A program made the position numbers and the translations under genes. Under the pieces are notes generated by a model that made no database searches, was not told the origin of the DNA, and worked only from the letters and a program-made list of their open reading frames with translations. Of a DNA stretch of 27,969 nt, positions 7,492 to 17,392 are shown in pieces. The number at the start of each line of letters is the position of its first letter. The stretch's first letter is position 1. The DNA comes from a virus (Duplodnaviria; Caudoviricetes): positions 1 to 27,969 of IMG/VR virus record IMGVR_UViG_3300042335_000320; one strand, 5' to 3'.

Positions 7492-8064
7492 ATGAAATTA
7501 GTTCAAATATCTAATCTATTTAACCAGATATGTCAGGGCATAAACGCACAGACGGCCGGCAGGATTGGGTTTTATCATTACGGTTACTATTCAGATATTA
7601 ACATCAATATTCAAAATAATTGGACAGGCACAAATACCGTCGGGGTTTTATATCCGTCGGTTTTGTTTTTATATCCAACTGCTCAGGTCGAAATAAAGGA
7701 AAAATCAGTCAAAGGCACTTTAAATTGCAGCCTTATATTTTCAGATTTACAATATTACAATAACGACGCAACAACGAACCAACGTTCTATTATCGAGGTT
7801 CAAAGTGATTTGGAAGATTTGGCCGTTAACGTACTGAGCGAATTTAACCGCGTAGGCCGGACACCTAATTACCAATGTGGCATTACCGGAGCAATTGATA
7901 TTGATTACCTTAGTGACGCGCACAATAATAGTTTAGTTTTATTAGAAACGCGTTTCACTCTTTACTATATCTGGGATTGCCCGACCGATGTAGTCGATAT
8001 TGCAGGGTTACCCGCACCGTTTGATGATATTCCACCACCAACAACCGATTACGAACAAGAATGA
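7492..8064 (+). CDS. putative tail terminator/completion protein
   Basis: Size, acidic composition, LYPSVLF motif and position in the tail module; positional inference. Confidence 0.5.
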   Translation: MKLVQISNLFNQICQGINAQTAGRIGFYHYGYYSDININIQNNWTGTNTVGVLYPSVLFLYPTAQVEIKEKSVKGTLNCSLIFSDLQYYNNDATTNQRSIIEVQSDLEDLAVNVLSEFNRVGRTPNYQCGITGAIDIDYLSDAHNNSLVLLETRFTLYYIWDCPTDVVDIAGLPAPFDDIPPPTTDYEQE

Positions 8065-8609
8065 CACAACTATTTGAGCAATTAGGTAACGAAGTCGGTA
8101 AGGTTATTGTAATGGCCGTTAAAAAGGCTTTTATTATGCAAGGCCATAAAATGACAGGCGCGTTAAACGATAGCATAGAATACAAAGTTAACGCGACTAT
8201 GAATAGCGTTATGCTCGAATTTTTGATGTTAGATTACGGTATGATACAAAACTTTGGAATAGCGCCTGAAAAGATTCCATTTAATCCGGGCAGCGGAGCA
8301 AAAAAATCAAATTATATCGATGGTTTGAAAAAGTTTGCTAAATTAAAGTTAGGAAAAAACGATAAGGAAGCCGAGCGCGTAGCTTTTGCCATTGCATACA
8401 AACAAAAAAAAGAGGGAATGCCTACAAATGGCAGTAAACGAATGGGTAAAAAGACCGGAGCGGTATTGGACGCGCTCAAAGATTCTGAAGACGAAGTACA
8501 AAAACTAATAAATAAGGCTTTTGAAGAACTTTTAATAGGTAAATTTTACGATGTTATAACCGAAGTGAACAAAAAAGATTCTGATAATATTAAATTTTAT
8601 ATAAAATGA
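8061..8609 (+). CDS. putative neck/tail completion protein (HK97 gp10-like)
   Basis: Basic protein with TGALNDSIEY motif and AFAIA..QKKEG. Confidence 0.55.
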   Translation: MTQLFEQLGNEVGKVIVMAVKKAFIMQGHKMTGALNDSIEYKVNATMNSVMLEFLMLDYGMIQNFGIAPEKIPFNPGSGAKKSNYIDGLKKFAKLKLGKNDKEAERVAFAIAYKQKKEGMPTNGSKRMGKKTGAVLDALKDSEDEVQKLINKAFEELLIGKFYDVITEVNKKDSDNIKFYIK

Positions 8610-8917
8610 CATTAGAACAGGCACAGGCAAGCGCAACCGCGAATAATGAGATAATAAATGAATATACCGGTACGATTATTTATGAAGTTTTCGAATATTG
8701 GAATTTGCAATTTGAAAAGCAATGGAATATTGTTTTAATTCCGGCAGTTTATAAAACAAAATATGCAGCGGCCGACAATTCGCAGGCATTGGCATTCGCT
8801 CGCGTATCGAGAAAAACAAATATTTTACCTTTTACAACGGCTGACAGTTGGGTTGCAAATTTCGATACTGAGGCAAATAATGACACTGAATTAAAAAACT
8901 ATCTAAACGAAGAATAA
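8606..8917 (+). CDS. hypothetical protein
   Basis: 103-aa ORF translationally coupled on both sides. Confidence 0.7.
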   Translation: MTLEQAQASATANNEIINEYTGTIIYEVFEYWNLQFEKQWNIVLIPAVYKTKYAAADNSQALAFARVSRKTNILPFTTADSWVANFDTEANNDTELKNYLNEE

Positions 8918-10227
8918 TGGCAGTATTTTACACGCCTCCATACTTACCGAATAGCATGTATCGGCCTAACTATTACGTTACATCTCAGCCGAGTCCATTC
9001 CCTTTAGTTCGCGCAAGGGCTTTAGTTTTTGTCGATGGTTTATTAGTAACTGAGTTATACAAACCGCCGGCTTATACGGTAGGCGTTGCGCCAATAAACT
9101 ATTATTTTGAATTTGATGTCTCAAAAATACTACAAACATTAAGCGCACCGAACCCGACTGACATATCGAGGCCGTTCCCAAAGTTTTTAAACGCGGCGTA
9201 TGATGTTTTATGTGCTGACTGCCATACTGATACGGCTTTGATAATTTATTATTCGTATCGTGACCCAATAACAAACGATTTGGTACCTCTTATGAGTGGT
9301 TCATCGCCGGTAGTTGATACAATACCGTTTGGTACTTATTCTGTTATCGGTTGCAGACAAACATTGGGTTTTATTGGAATGGATAGTTACGCTATCGATT
9401 ATCCGACCGTAGGCGGAGTTTATGACCGTTATTTCTTAACAAATTTACCCTATGTTTACCCGACTGCGGCCACTACGACAACAAACCCAATACCTATTTG
9501 CCGGACAGATAATTTAAACATGACATATATCCCAACAAGCGGAACTAACGCGATTCGAGTTATTATTTATGACAATAATCAGGTAGTACAGGGAACTGCC
9601 GGTTATATCACAGTTGCGCCAAATTTGACATTTACACCGCGTTCTATTGGCGTAGGTATTCCACAGCTGGCAGCAACTACATTCACGCCGGTAAGTTTTC
9701 CAATAGGCCTTCCGGGTATTCCAAACGGTTGGTATTATAGTATTCAAGCCGGTAATTTAATCGGAACATCTTTCACGTTGCAATCTGTTAAGTATATGTT
9801 TCAGATTGTCGATTGTTGTGCAAATAAAATACGATTGCACTGGCTTAATAGGTTGGGCGGTGTCGATGCTTACACGTTCACAAACAAAAAAACCGTCTTT
9901 GAAGGTACAAAAAGTGATCAGGCACAAAAACCTCAATCGTTCAACTATTCAAACACTCCACCGACCACTACATACGACAAAGGCCGATTCAAAATTCAGC
10001 AGATAGTTAATAAAAGTTACGAACTTGAGTCAACTTTTTACGATGCGTTCTGGGGGCAATGGATAGCAGAGTTGTTAAGCAGTCCGGAAGTCTACATGGA
10101 AACATCAAGCGGATTAGTTGCCGTAGTGATTGAGGATTCGCAGATTAAAATCGAGGAAACGAACGAACTTGTTAACGTGACTTTGACTATTGTAGAGGCT
10201 AACGAAATAAGCGTACAACAAAATTAA
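8917..10227 (+). CDS. tail structural protein (distal-tail-like)
   Basis: Beta-rich; C-terminal LHWLNRLGGVDAYTF...ELLSSPEVY as recalled from Bacteroidota phage tail proteins. Confidence 0.65.
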   Translation: MAVFYTPPYLPNSMYRPNYYVTSQPSPFPLVRARALVFVDGLLVTELYKPPAYTVGVAPINYYFEFDVSKILQTLSAPNPTDISRPFPKFLNAAYDVLCADCHTDTALIIYYSYRDPITNDLVPLMSGSSPVVDTIPFGTYSVIGCRQTLGFIGMDSYAIDYPTVGGVYDRYFLTNLPYVYPTAATTTTNPIPICRTDNLNMTYIPTSGTNAIRVIIYDNNQVVQGTAGYITVAPNLTFTPRSIGVGIPQLAATTFTPVSFPIGLPGIPNGWYYSIQAGNLIGTSFTLQSVKYMFQIVDCCANKIRLHWLNRLGGVDAYTFTNKKTVFEGTKSDQAQKPQSFNYSNTPPTTTYDKGRFKIQQIVNKSYELESTFYDAFWGQWIAELLSSPEVYMETSSGLVAVVIEDSQIKIEETNELVNVTLTIVEANEISVQQN

Positions 10228-10228
10228 G

Positions 10229-12379
10229 ATGCAAAATATAAAAGTTCTAATTGACAATAAGCAGGTAGATCTTCCGACAGACCAATTTATCCTTAATATG
10301 ACTTATTCACTAAAGGATAAAAACGGAATTGCTATCAATACCGGCAGCCGCTCAGAATATTCATTTGAATTTCCGGCGACAAATAACAATAATTTGATAT
10401 TTAGCAGGTTTTGGGATATAGCAGAAAATACGGCAAACAAACAAATATTCTTAGATGCTTATATCGAGGTTAACGGCATGGCGTTTTTTCAGGGCAAATG
10501 TCAACTTACCGGCGTAGACATCAGGCCAGACCTTTATTATTGGCAAGGCAAAACTTATAAGGTCGCGTTTTATGGAAATAATGTTGATTGGACAGTACAA
10601 GTAGGAAATAAGTTTTTATATGAGTATGATTACGGCACGCACGTTTATAATTCATCAAATATTATAGATGGTATTTATGTAAATAATTATTTTGGTAATA
10701 ATTATAAATATATTTTAATCAAGTGGAAGGACTGGTTAGTTGCGAATGAGGTCAGCGTTTTTGAATTTACGCCTGCGATATTTATTAGAACTATTGTAAA
10801 CAAAATTTTTGCAGATATAAATTACACAGTCGTAAGTAATTTTTTTAATTCGAATTGGTTTGCAAAGTTAGTGATGCCCGTTCCATTAACTGATAAAATA
10901 TCAGACCCTCAATATGCAATTGATTATTTAAATGTTTCAGTTAATGATGTTATATTAGGCGCAAATGGTAATTATTACCCTTTTATTTTTACTAATCAAA
11001 CAGTAACTCCACCTTTAGCAGTTCCAAACCCTTATGATAATACAACAGGATTTTATACCGTTCCAGTTACTGGTTACTATTATGTTGTTTATAATGTAGA
11101 AGTTATTGAGCCTATAAACCCTTATCAAATAGTTACATATATTTCAAGAAATGCAAGTATTTTTCCAGTAACCGTTCCTGTTACTTATTATAATAGTTTT
11201 TTTGGCGTAAATGGTAATATTACATATTCATTTACATCAAATGTTTTAAGTATGAATGCAGGCGAAACGCTTTCATTATTTATGCAATCTGCTACGGTTG
11301 TAGGTACGACTCAATATACAATATCAATGCAGATATTTGGCGAAGCGCAAGTTTCAAGCGGATTAAATATTGACTTCCGTTATTTTATAAATCAAACTTG
11401 GAACGCTTTGGACTTTATAAAAGGTTTGGCTCACGCGTTTAATCTTACCTTTCAGACAGATGTAAACAATCAAACAGTAACAATTGAACCTGCAGATACA
11501 TACCTTTATCAAAGTAGTTTTCCGACCGTTACAAATTTACAAGGCGGTTTTTATACTACTCAATCAATAGACAAAACTCAAAACGTAGACCTTGACAAAG
11601 AGGGCGAAATATTCAGCGTGTCCGAAATTCCTAACCAGTTTATTTTGTCATGGCAGTACGATTCAAACGACCCGACACTCGATGCTATTAACGCCGGAGC
11701 CGGATTGGACTTGATGCAAGCGCAATTTAATTTTCCATCTGACCGCTTTCAACGTGGACAGGATGTTATTGAAAATCCTTTTTTTAGTGCAAGTTTATGT
11801 ATTGCCGATCCAAGTATTCAAACCCCTACATCTTTAGTTGCTTTTATTTGTCCTATTATCTGGAGTCAAAACTTTTTTACAACACCAATAAGCGCTGAGG
11901 CAAATTATGATATTTTGCCGCGTATTTTTATAAGCGAAGTAGGAATAAATTATAATTGGGGCGAAATTTATGTTAATACAGGCATTGGAACTTTTGCATA
12001 TTCCGCGCCTTTGTGTTACATGATAGACTATAATTCAAATAACGGTAATTTTATTTCGCTTACTTTTGGGAATGAAACTGTAAACGGTTTTGTTATTAAG
12101 GGTTTACTTGAAAGATTTTATTTATACGAATTTATAAGGCAGCAATCAGGCAAACAAGTTGAATGTTATGTTTTTTGGGATATAGTAGAAATATTTAATT
12201 TAGACTTTAGAAAACTTGTAAAAATTCATGGCGATAATTTTATATTGCAAGAGGTAAACAGTTTTAATGTCGCATTAAACCGTTCGACAAAAACATATTT
12301 ACTAAACAATTATTTAGGCGATGGAACTGAGGCAAGTCAAATAAGTTCCTCTTTATTATTAAGTAGATTAAACGCGTAG
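10229..12379 (+). CDS. tail tip/hub protein with variable central insert
   Basis: N-terminal QVDL...SYSFEFPAT-like NNNLIF motif; central YDNTTGFYTVPVTGYY (C1q/fibre-like strand motif); DFIKGLAHAFNL...IEP. Confidence 0.65.
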   Translation: MQNIKVLIDNKQVDLPTDQFILNMTYSLKDKNGIAINTGSRSEYSFEFPATNNNNLIFSRFWDIAENTANKQIFLDAYIEVNGMAFFQGKCQLTGVDIRPDLYYWQGKTYKVAFYGNNVDWTVQVGNKFLYEYDYGTHVYNSSNIIDGIYVNNYFGNNYKYILIKWKDWLVANEVSVFEFTPAIFIRTIVNKIFADINYTVVSNFFNSNWFAKLVMPVPLTDKISDPQYAIDYLNVSVNDVILGANGNYYPFIFTNQTVTPPLAVPNPYDNTTGFYTVPVTGYYYVVYNVEVIEPINPYQIVTYISRNASIFPVTVPVTYYNSFFGVNGNITYSFTSNVLSMNAGETLSLFMQSATVVGTTQYTISMQIFGEAQVSSGLNIDFRYFINQTWNALDFIKGLAHAFNLTFQTDVNNQTVTIEPADTYLYQSSFPTVTNLQGGFYTTQSIDKTQNVDLDKEGEIFSVSEIPNQFILSWQYDSNDPTLDAINAGAGLDLMQAQFNFPSDRFQRGQDVIENPFFSASLCIADPSIQTPTSLVAFICPIIWSQNFFTTPISAEANYDILPRIFISEVGINYNWGEIYVNTGIGTFAYSAPLCYMIDYNSNNGNFISLTFGNETVNGFVIKGLLERFYLYEFIRQQSGKQVECYVFWDIVEIFNLDFRKLVKIHGDNFILQEVNSFNVALNRSTKTYLLNNYLGDGTEASQISSSLLLSRLNA

Positions 12380-12381
12380 CA

Positions 12382-15300
12382 ATGGCAAATAAGATAGTAG
12401 GATTCACGATTAACATAGATGGAATTGATAGCATTAACGATCTAAACAAAGCTATCAAACAAACGGAAGCGGAACTTAAAAACCTCGCGGCCGGAACTCA
12501 AGAATTTGCCGATAAGGCAGAGGAACTCGCACGACTAAAGGCCGAACAAAAGGCCATTAAAAAACAACAAGACGACCTCAATAAATCGTTCATAGAACAA
12601 TCCAATGCAATCGGCTCTTATGATAAGCTATCAAACAAATTAAATAGGCTTAGAAAGGAATATAAAGACCTTGCAGTAAGCGAAAAGGCAAGCACAAAGG
12701 AAGCGCAGGATTTATTAGAGGAAATTCAAAAACTTGATAAACAGTTAAAAGATGTTGACGCAAGCGCCGGACAATTTCAGCGCAATGTCGGTAATTATCC
12801 GAAAACATTCGCAAAAATAACCCGAAGTTTAGTCAGTACGATTCCGGGTTTTGAGGCGTTTGATTCTATGCTTAGAAATGGCGAAGGTAATTTAACAGGA
12901 TTTGGAAAGGCGTTAATCGGTGGTTTTGTAGCATTTCAGGCCGGTAAATTTATTGTGCAAGCAGTCGGGCAGTTAAACGAATTAGTTAAAAAGATTGACG
13001 AAACAAAAAACGCGGTCGCTAATTTTTCCGGTGCAAGTGGTGACGAACTAAACAATTTAACGCGCGATGTTACGGCATTGGCTCAGACATTTAGTGTTGA
13101 CGCTAACGAGATAAACGAGGCGGCAAAAAGCATAGCAGATAAGACCGGCGTAAGTTTTGCCGATGCTTTAAAACAAGTAGAAACAGGGTTGTTATCCGGT
13201 ACAATGGCGAGTGATGAATTTCTTTCATCAGTTAGTGAAACGCCCGAAATTATGGCTCAGATTGGAGAGGCAACCGGCGAATATGCAGAAAGGCAAAAGG
13301 ATTTATTAGGCGCAAATAAGGAACTCGCACAGGCGCAGATTGAAACCGCTGCAAAGTTTGCAGATTTTGGCAACCAGATGCAAACCTTCGGAACGTATGT
13401 ACAAACCTATTTACTCAAAGCCTTACTTTATCTATTCGATTTAATTAAACCGATTGCCGGCTTTTTTTACGATATAGGCGTGGCAGTTTACGAGGCAGTC
13501 AATAATTTTGAACCCTTGCGAGTTGTAATTGGTGCAATCGGCGATTTCTTCCAGAACTTACCTTTTATATTTGCCGGAAATATCGAGGCTCTTAAACAGT
13601 TAGGTAAAAACTTTGTAAACTTTTTTAAGGTTTTGTCACTCGATGCTCAAATCTTTGGCGAAAACATTAAATCATTTTTTGGGGCGAATGTTGACGCGGC
13701 TATTGAGGAACTGAGGAAGAAACGCGCTGCCATTACTGACGAAAGTAGAACAGTTGGCGAGGCATGGCGCGAAGGGTACGAAAACGCCCGTAAGGAATCA
13801 GAAAAAAGTATTACAGACACAACACAGGCCGAAACGGCAAAGCGCACGCAGGTAAACGCTGAGGCAATAAAGAAAGCTAAGGAACAGGCAGAACAGGCGA
13901 AGAAAGATCGCGAAAAGTTTTTAAATGACGAAGCGAAATTCAGGGAACAGCAACTCGGCGTTATTGCGAACCTACAACAAAAGGCGGCCGATCTAACTAT
14001 TCAATTACTAAAAGACGAACAGGCAAAGCGCAAAGCGGAGGCAAAAAAGGCGTTCGATGAATCTATCAGCGCGGCCAAAAAACAGACTGAGGAACTAAAC
14101 AAACTAAACAAAGACAGAGAAGACGAAGCGGTTAAAACTTTTGGCGAGGCATCGCAGCAAGTCGCACAACTTAGAAAACAAAACAACGAGGCCGAACAAC
14201 AGGCGCAAAGTGATTTTCAGGCTTTCACGTTATTGGAGGAACAAAAATATATTGAGGAATTAAACGCTATTCAAAAAGATGGATTTGAAAAAGCAAAGGA
14301 ACAAAGGACAGAAGCATATAACAAACGTATTGATGAAATTGCAACCGTTCAAGATCGCGAAATTAACGCTTTAGAACAGGCAAGGTTAAAAGGAATTGTA
14401 AGCGAGGAACAATATAACCGCCAATTATTTGACATCAATAAAAAGCGAATTGATGCTGAAATTGAGGCAAACAAAAAGGTGTTTGAAGAAAATGAAAAAC
14501 TAAAGGCCGACGGTGTAATGATTGATGAGGAATTGAACGCTACCTTATTAGACAAAAACCAAAAGTTATACACAGACCTTTTAAATCTCGAAAAGGATTA
14601 TACAGATAAGTCAGGCGCATTGATTGAGGAACGTATCGCCAAAAGTGACGAAGAATTACAAGCGCGCCGCGATGCAATCCAAAAGAATATTGAGGACGCT
14701 GCGAATTATACAACTCAGGCGCTCGATTTAGTAAACCAATTTGCACAGGCGGCAGACGAACAAAGAAACGCGAGATTTGCCGCTCAGGAAGAACAGAACC
14801 AAAAGGCAATTGAGGACTTAAACGAAAGGTTAAGCACCGCGACAGGATTAGAACGTAGGTACTTACAACAACAACTGCAACGCGAAGAAAAAAATGCGGA
14901 TCAGATAGCGAAGGCAAAAGAGGAAGCAGAACAGGAAGCGGCCAAACGTGAAAAGGCAATTGCAATAATTCAGTCAATCATTCAGGGCGCTTTGGCAGTC
15001 AGTAAGGCAATCGCGAGCGCACCGCCTCCATTTAATATTCCGGCAATAGTTGCGGCAGGTATTCAGGCGGCAGCACAAACGGCACTAATCGCCGCGCAAC
15101 CTCTGGCGACCGGTGGCGTGGTTGGTAAGTTAAACGGCGAGATCGTACAATTCGCAGCCGGTGGCGTAGTTAAAAGTAAAGGCAATATAAAACCACTATC
15201 AAACGGCGATAACGTTCTGGCAACGCTAAAAACAGGCGAGGTCGTACTTAATCGCGAACAACAAAACAGAATCGGATATTCGACATTAAAGAGTGCAAAA

Positions 15301-15531
15301 ATACCCGGATTCGCAGCCGGTGGCGTGGTTGGTGCGCCAACAAGTTTAATCGCTGAGTCAAACATGGTAGCGGCCGAACAAAGACAACAATTTACGGCAT
15401 TTCAGGAGACAGTCGCAGCGATAAATGGCCGAGTAGATAGGTTACAGGTTGTTTATACTGCCAGTACGGATTATGATGTGGAACTTTCACGCGCGGATAA
15501 GAAAACAATTAAGGCAAATGCAAGTTTTTGA
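12382..15531 (+). CDS. tail tape measure protein
   Basis: 1049 aa, A/E/K/Q-rich and helical; GQFQRNVGNY motif; C-terminal (F/L)A(A/T)GGVV repeats and GEVVLN. Confidence 0.9.
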   Translation: MANKIVGFTINIDGIDSINDLNKAIKQTEAELKNLAAGTQEFADKAEELARLKAEQKAIKKQQDDLNKSFIEQSNAIGSYDKLSNKLNRLRKEYKDLAVSEKASTKEAQDLLEEIQKLDKQLKDVDASAGQFQRNVGNYPKTFAKITRSLVSTIPGFEAFDSMLRNGEGNLTGFGKALIGGFVAFQAGKFIVQAVGQLNELVKKIDETKNAVANFSGASGDELNNLTRDVTALAQTFSVDANEINEAAKSIADKTGVSFADALKQVETGLLSGTMASDEFLSSVSETPEIMAQIGEATGEYAERQKDLLGANKELAQAQIETAAKFADFGNQMQTFGTYVQTYLLKALLYLFDLIKPIAGFFYDIGVAVYEAVNNFEPLRVVIGAIGDFFQNLPFIFAGNIEALKQLGKNFVNFFKVLSLDAQIFGENIKSFFGANVDAAIEELRKKRAAITDESRTVGEAWREGYENARKESEKSITDTTQAETAKRTQVNAEAIKKAKEQAEQAKKDREKFLNDEAKFREQQLGVIANLQQKAADLTIQLLKDEQAKRKAEAKKAFDESISAAKKQTEELNKLNKDREDEAVKTFGEASQQVAQLRKQNNEAEQQAQSDFQAFTLLEEQKYIEELNAIQKDGFEKAKEQRTEAYNKRIDEIATVQDREINALEQARLKGIVSEEQYNRQLFDINKKRIDAEIEANKKVFEENEKLKADGVMIDEELNATLLDKNQKLYTDLLNLEKDYTDKSGALIEERIAKSDEELQARRDAIQKNIEDAANYTTQALDLVNQFAQAADEQRNARFAAQEEQNQKAIEDLNERLSTATGLERRYLQQQLQREEKNADQIAKAKEEAEQEAAKREKAIAIIQSIIQGALAVSKAIASAPPPFNIPAIVAAGIQAAAQTALIAAQPLATGGVVGKLNGEIVQFAAGGVVKSKGNIKPLSNGDNVLATLKTGEVVLNREQQNRIGYSTLKSAKIPGFAAGGVVGAPTSLIAESNMVAAEQRQQFTAFQETVAAINGRVDRLQVVYTASTDYDVELSRADKKTIKANASF
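15110..15333 (+). repeat. three short direct repeats encoding (L/F)A(T/A)GGVV
   Basis: ATTCGCAGCCGGTGGCGT at 15150-15167 and 15309-15326; CCGGTGGCGTGGTTGGT at 15110-15126 and 15317-15333. Confidence 0.8.
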
Positions 15532-15907
15532 TTTTGATAGTTACCTTTTTTTGGTAGGTAAACAAAGTATAGATTTATTCAATTACTTTAAACTTCCAGA
15601 ACTGCATGGCCTTAATATCTATGATTGTATTAACCATGTTGAAACGCCTAAAAACGTTTATATCGCCGGTATGTGCAATCTTATTCCATGCTCAGACAAA
15701 CCTTACCTATTTATAAATTTGTATCGTCTGGAGGGAAATTATAAAGATGTAACTTTAGTGATGCACGAATGCATGCATTTAGCTTTAAAGTTATTCGATT
15801 ATGATATTGAATATTATGAAGAGGAAATAATAACTTTAGCAGAACAAGAAACTCACAAATTATTATGTATATTAGAGAAATTCCGATTGAATCCAGAGGT
15901 ATTGTAA
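15518..15907 (+). CDS. small HExxH (zincin-like) protein
   Basis: Probable start ATG at 15518 (MQVFDF); PYLFINL...VMHECMHLA...YEEE. Confidence 0.62.
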   Translation: MQVFDFDSYLFLVGKQSIDLFNYFKLPELHGLNIYDCINHVETPKNVYIAGMCNLIPCSDKPYLFINLYRLEGNYKDVTLVMHECMHLALKLFDYDIEYYEEEIITLAEQETHKLLCILEKFRLNPEVL

Positions 15908-16107
15908 AAAAAATCATGGAGAAACAACAAACCAACTTAATTTTGTCCGGTAATGACAAAGAAACGTTATTTAATCTTTATTATCGGTACATTGTTAAAC
16001 TGAGAAACGGCGAAACGTTTCAATCTCGCATGAAACAGGATTTCAACTGTTCAGCGTGCATCGGAAAAGTAATCTATTATTTTAAAAATGAAGTTTTAAA
16101 ATGGTAG
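15865..16107 (+). CDS. hypothetical protein with CxxC
   Basis: FNCSACIGKV motif. Confidence 0.65.
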   Translation: MYIREIPIESRGIVKKIMEKQQTNLILSGNDKETLFNLYYRYIVKLRNGETFQSRMKQDFNCSACIGKVIYYFKNEVLKW

Positions 16108-16436
16108 AAAATATTTTAACTGCCAAAACTCGAAAAGCAAACGTTAAATTTTGCGAAGTTCTGGAGTCTCAGATAATTCAAAGTTTACAATCTGAGAAAA
16201 AAGACCAGAACCTTTTTAATATATTGGCTTTTTTAGTCAAACATAATGTCATTAGGCAGTCGATAGTCAATCGTTACCTTGTAATAATGCTTTACCCGGA
16301 CTATATCGAGCGGTTCGATACGCGACATGAGGCAGTAAAGGAACTTTCAAAGGTCGTACCGTTGGAAATTAACGCCATTTATCACATTTTAAGCAATCAT
16401 TATTGCTATTTCCACCCGAATAAGATGAAAATTTAA
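16101..16436 (+). CDS. hypothetical protein, possible C-terminal HTH
   Basis: 111 aa; AVKELSKVVPLEINAIYHIL resembles a helix-turn-helix; last gene before the accessory operon promoter. Confidence 0.55.
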   Translation: MVENILTAKTRKANVKFCEVLESQIIQSLQSEKKDQNLFNILAFLVKHNVIRQSIVNRYLVIMLYPDYIERFDTRHEAVKELSKVVPLEINAIYHILSNHYCYFHPNKMKI

Positions 16437-16478
16437 AATTTTTTTAAAAAAAAGTACAAAAATGTTTTTTTATTCAAA

Positions 16479-16504
16479 TTGTTGTTATATCTTTGTAACA
16501 ACAA
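16479..16504 (+). promoter_or_regulatory. promoter -7 box embedded in a perfect inverted repeat (operator candidate), copy 1
   Basis: TTGTTGTTA-TATCTTTG-TAACAACAA. Confidence 0.75.
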
Positions 16505-16544
16505 ATAAGGGAATTAAAATTATAACACACAAAAAATTAAGATT

Positions 16545-16883
16545 ATGAACACGATTAACGAATACGGAAACATTAAAAATGCCAATAAAGCATTATATGC
16601 TATTTCAAAAGGCGGTAAATTTAACGGTATAGTTTATGGCAAAAAACACAATGATTTAAAAACAGATATGACAGTTTATGTATCTGGTGATATTTACCCA
16701 TTAGGAAGAATTTCGCATAAATTTGTAGAAGATTTCAAAGCTGAATTTTTAGCAGCAGTTAATAATACAGAAATTGTTTCTCAACAAAAAACTAACATAT
16801 CAAAACCAACTGCAAAAGTTATTGACGAAAAGAAACAATATTCCACAATGGCTTGGTTAATGGATGGCATGAATTACGAATAA
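16545..16883 (+). CDS. hypothetical protein (first gene of accessory operon)
   Basis: 112-aa ORF with A-rich leader. Confidence 0.75.
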   Translation: MNTINEYGNIKNANKALYAISKGGKFNGIVYGKKHNDLKTDMTVYVSGDIYPLGRISHKFVEDFKAEFLAAVNNTEIVSQQKTNISKPTAKVIDEKKQYSTMAWLMDGMNYE

Positions 16884-16911
16884 AATTTTTAACACTTAAA
16901 ACTATTATCAC

Positions 16912-17094
16912 ATGAAAACTTTAAAATTAATCGGTCAAATTAAAGAAACTTATCTTGGTTTTTTCAGAAGGGTTCAACCAGATGTTGTTCAATGGGTTCC
17001 AAAAGAAGGAAAAATACAGGAACTTACAAACAAGCAAGCGCAAGAAATGTATTCTTACCAAAAGAAAAACGGTTATACAATACCAAACAAATAA
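16912..17094 (+). CDS. hypothetical protein
   Basis: 60 aa, MKT start after an A-rich leader. Confidence 0.7.
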   Translation: MKTLKLIGQIKETYLGFFRRVQPDVVQWVPKEGKIQELTNKQAQEMYSYQKKNGYTIPNK

Positions 17095-17126
17095 ATTTTA
17101 ACAAACTTTTTAACAACAAAAATTTT

Positions 17127-17375
17127 ATGATTATGAGAATGACAATGGAAGGATGGAGAAAGTCGCTCGGTGGCGCTATCAGTTGGAAAATGTTTGACCT
17201 AATGATTGATCCAGATAAGGGTCACCTAAGCAGGTTATCAAAGGAATGGCAAGAAATGGCAGCCGAATTCCAAACAAACTGGCAATATTTAAGTAAAGAG
17301 GAAAAACTTGAATTTATAAGTACGCACCCTCAAAAAAACGACAAACTTTATGTAGACTTTTTAAAAACACTTTAA
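17127..17375 (+). CDS. hypothetical protein
   Basis: Probable start ATG at 17127 (MIMRMTMEGW), after the intergenic A-rich leader; in frame with track ORF 16992..17375. Confidence 0.65.
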   Translation: MIMRMTMEGWRKSLGGAISWKMFDLMIDPDKGHLSRLSKEWQEMAAEFQTNWQYLSKEEKLEFISTHPQKNDKLYVDFLKTL

Positions 17376-17392
17376 CAAACAATCAAATTTTT

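Noticed and set aside
15110-15333. Tape measure direct repeats as DGR template/variable repeats or a CRISPR-like array
   Set aside because: They are only 17-18 nt, in frame and explained by a repeated peptide motif; no reverse transcriptase or adenine-specific divergence is seen
15449-15517. Upstream extension of ORF 15449..15907
   Set aside because: It is buried in the tape measure 3' end; ATG 15518 gives a normal short overlap
16992-17126. Upstream extension of ORF 16992..17375
   Set aside because: It overlaps gene 16912 and crosses an intergenic A-rich leader; ATG 17127 is more plausible
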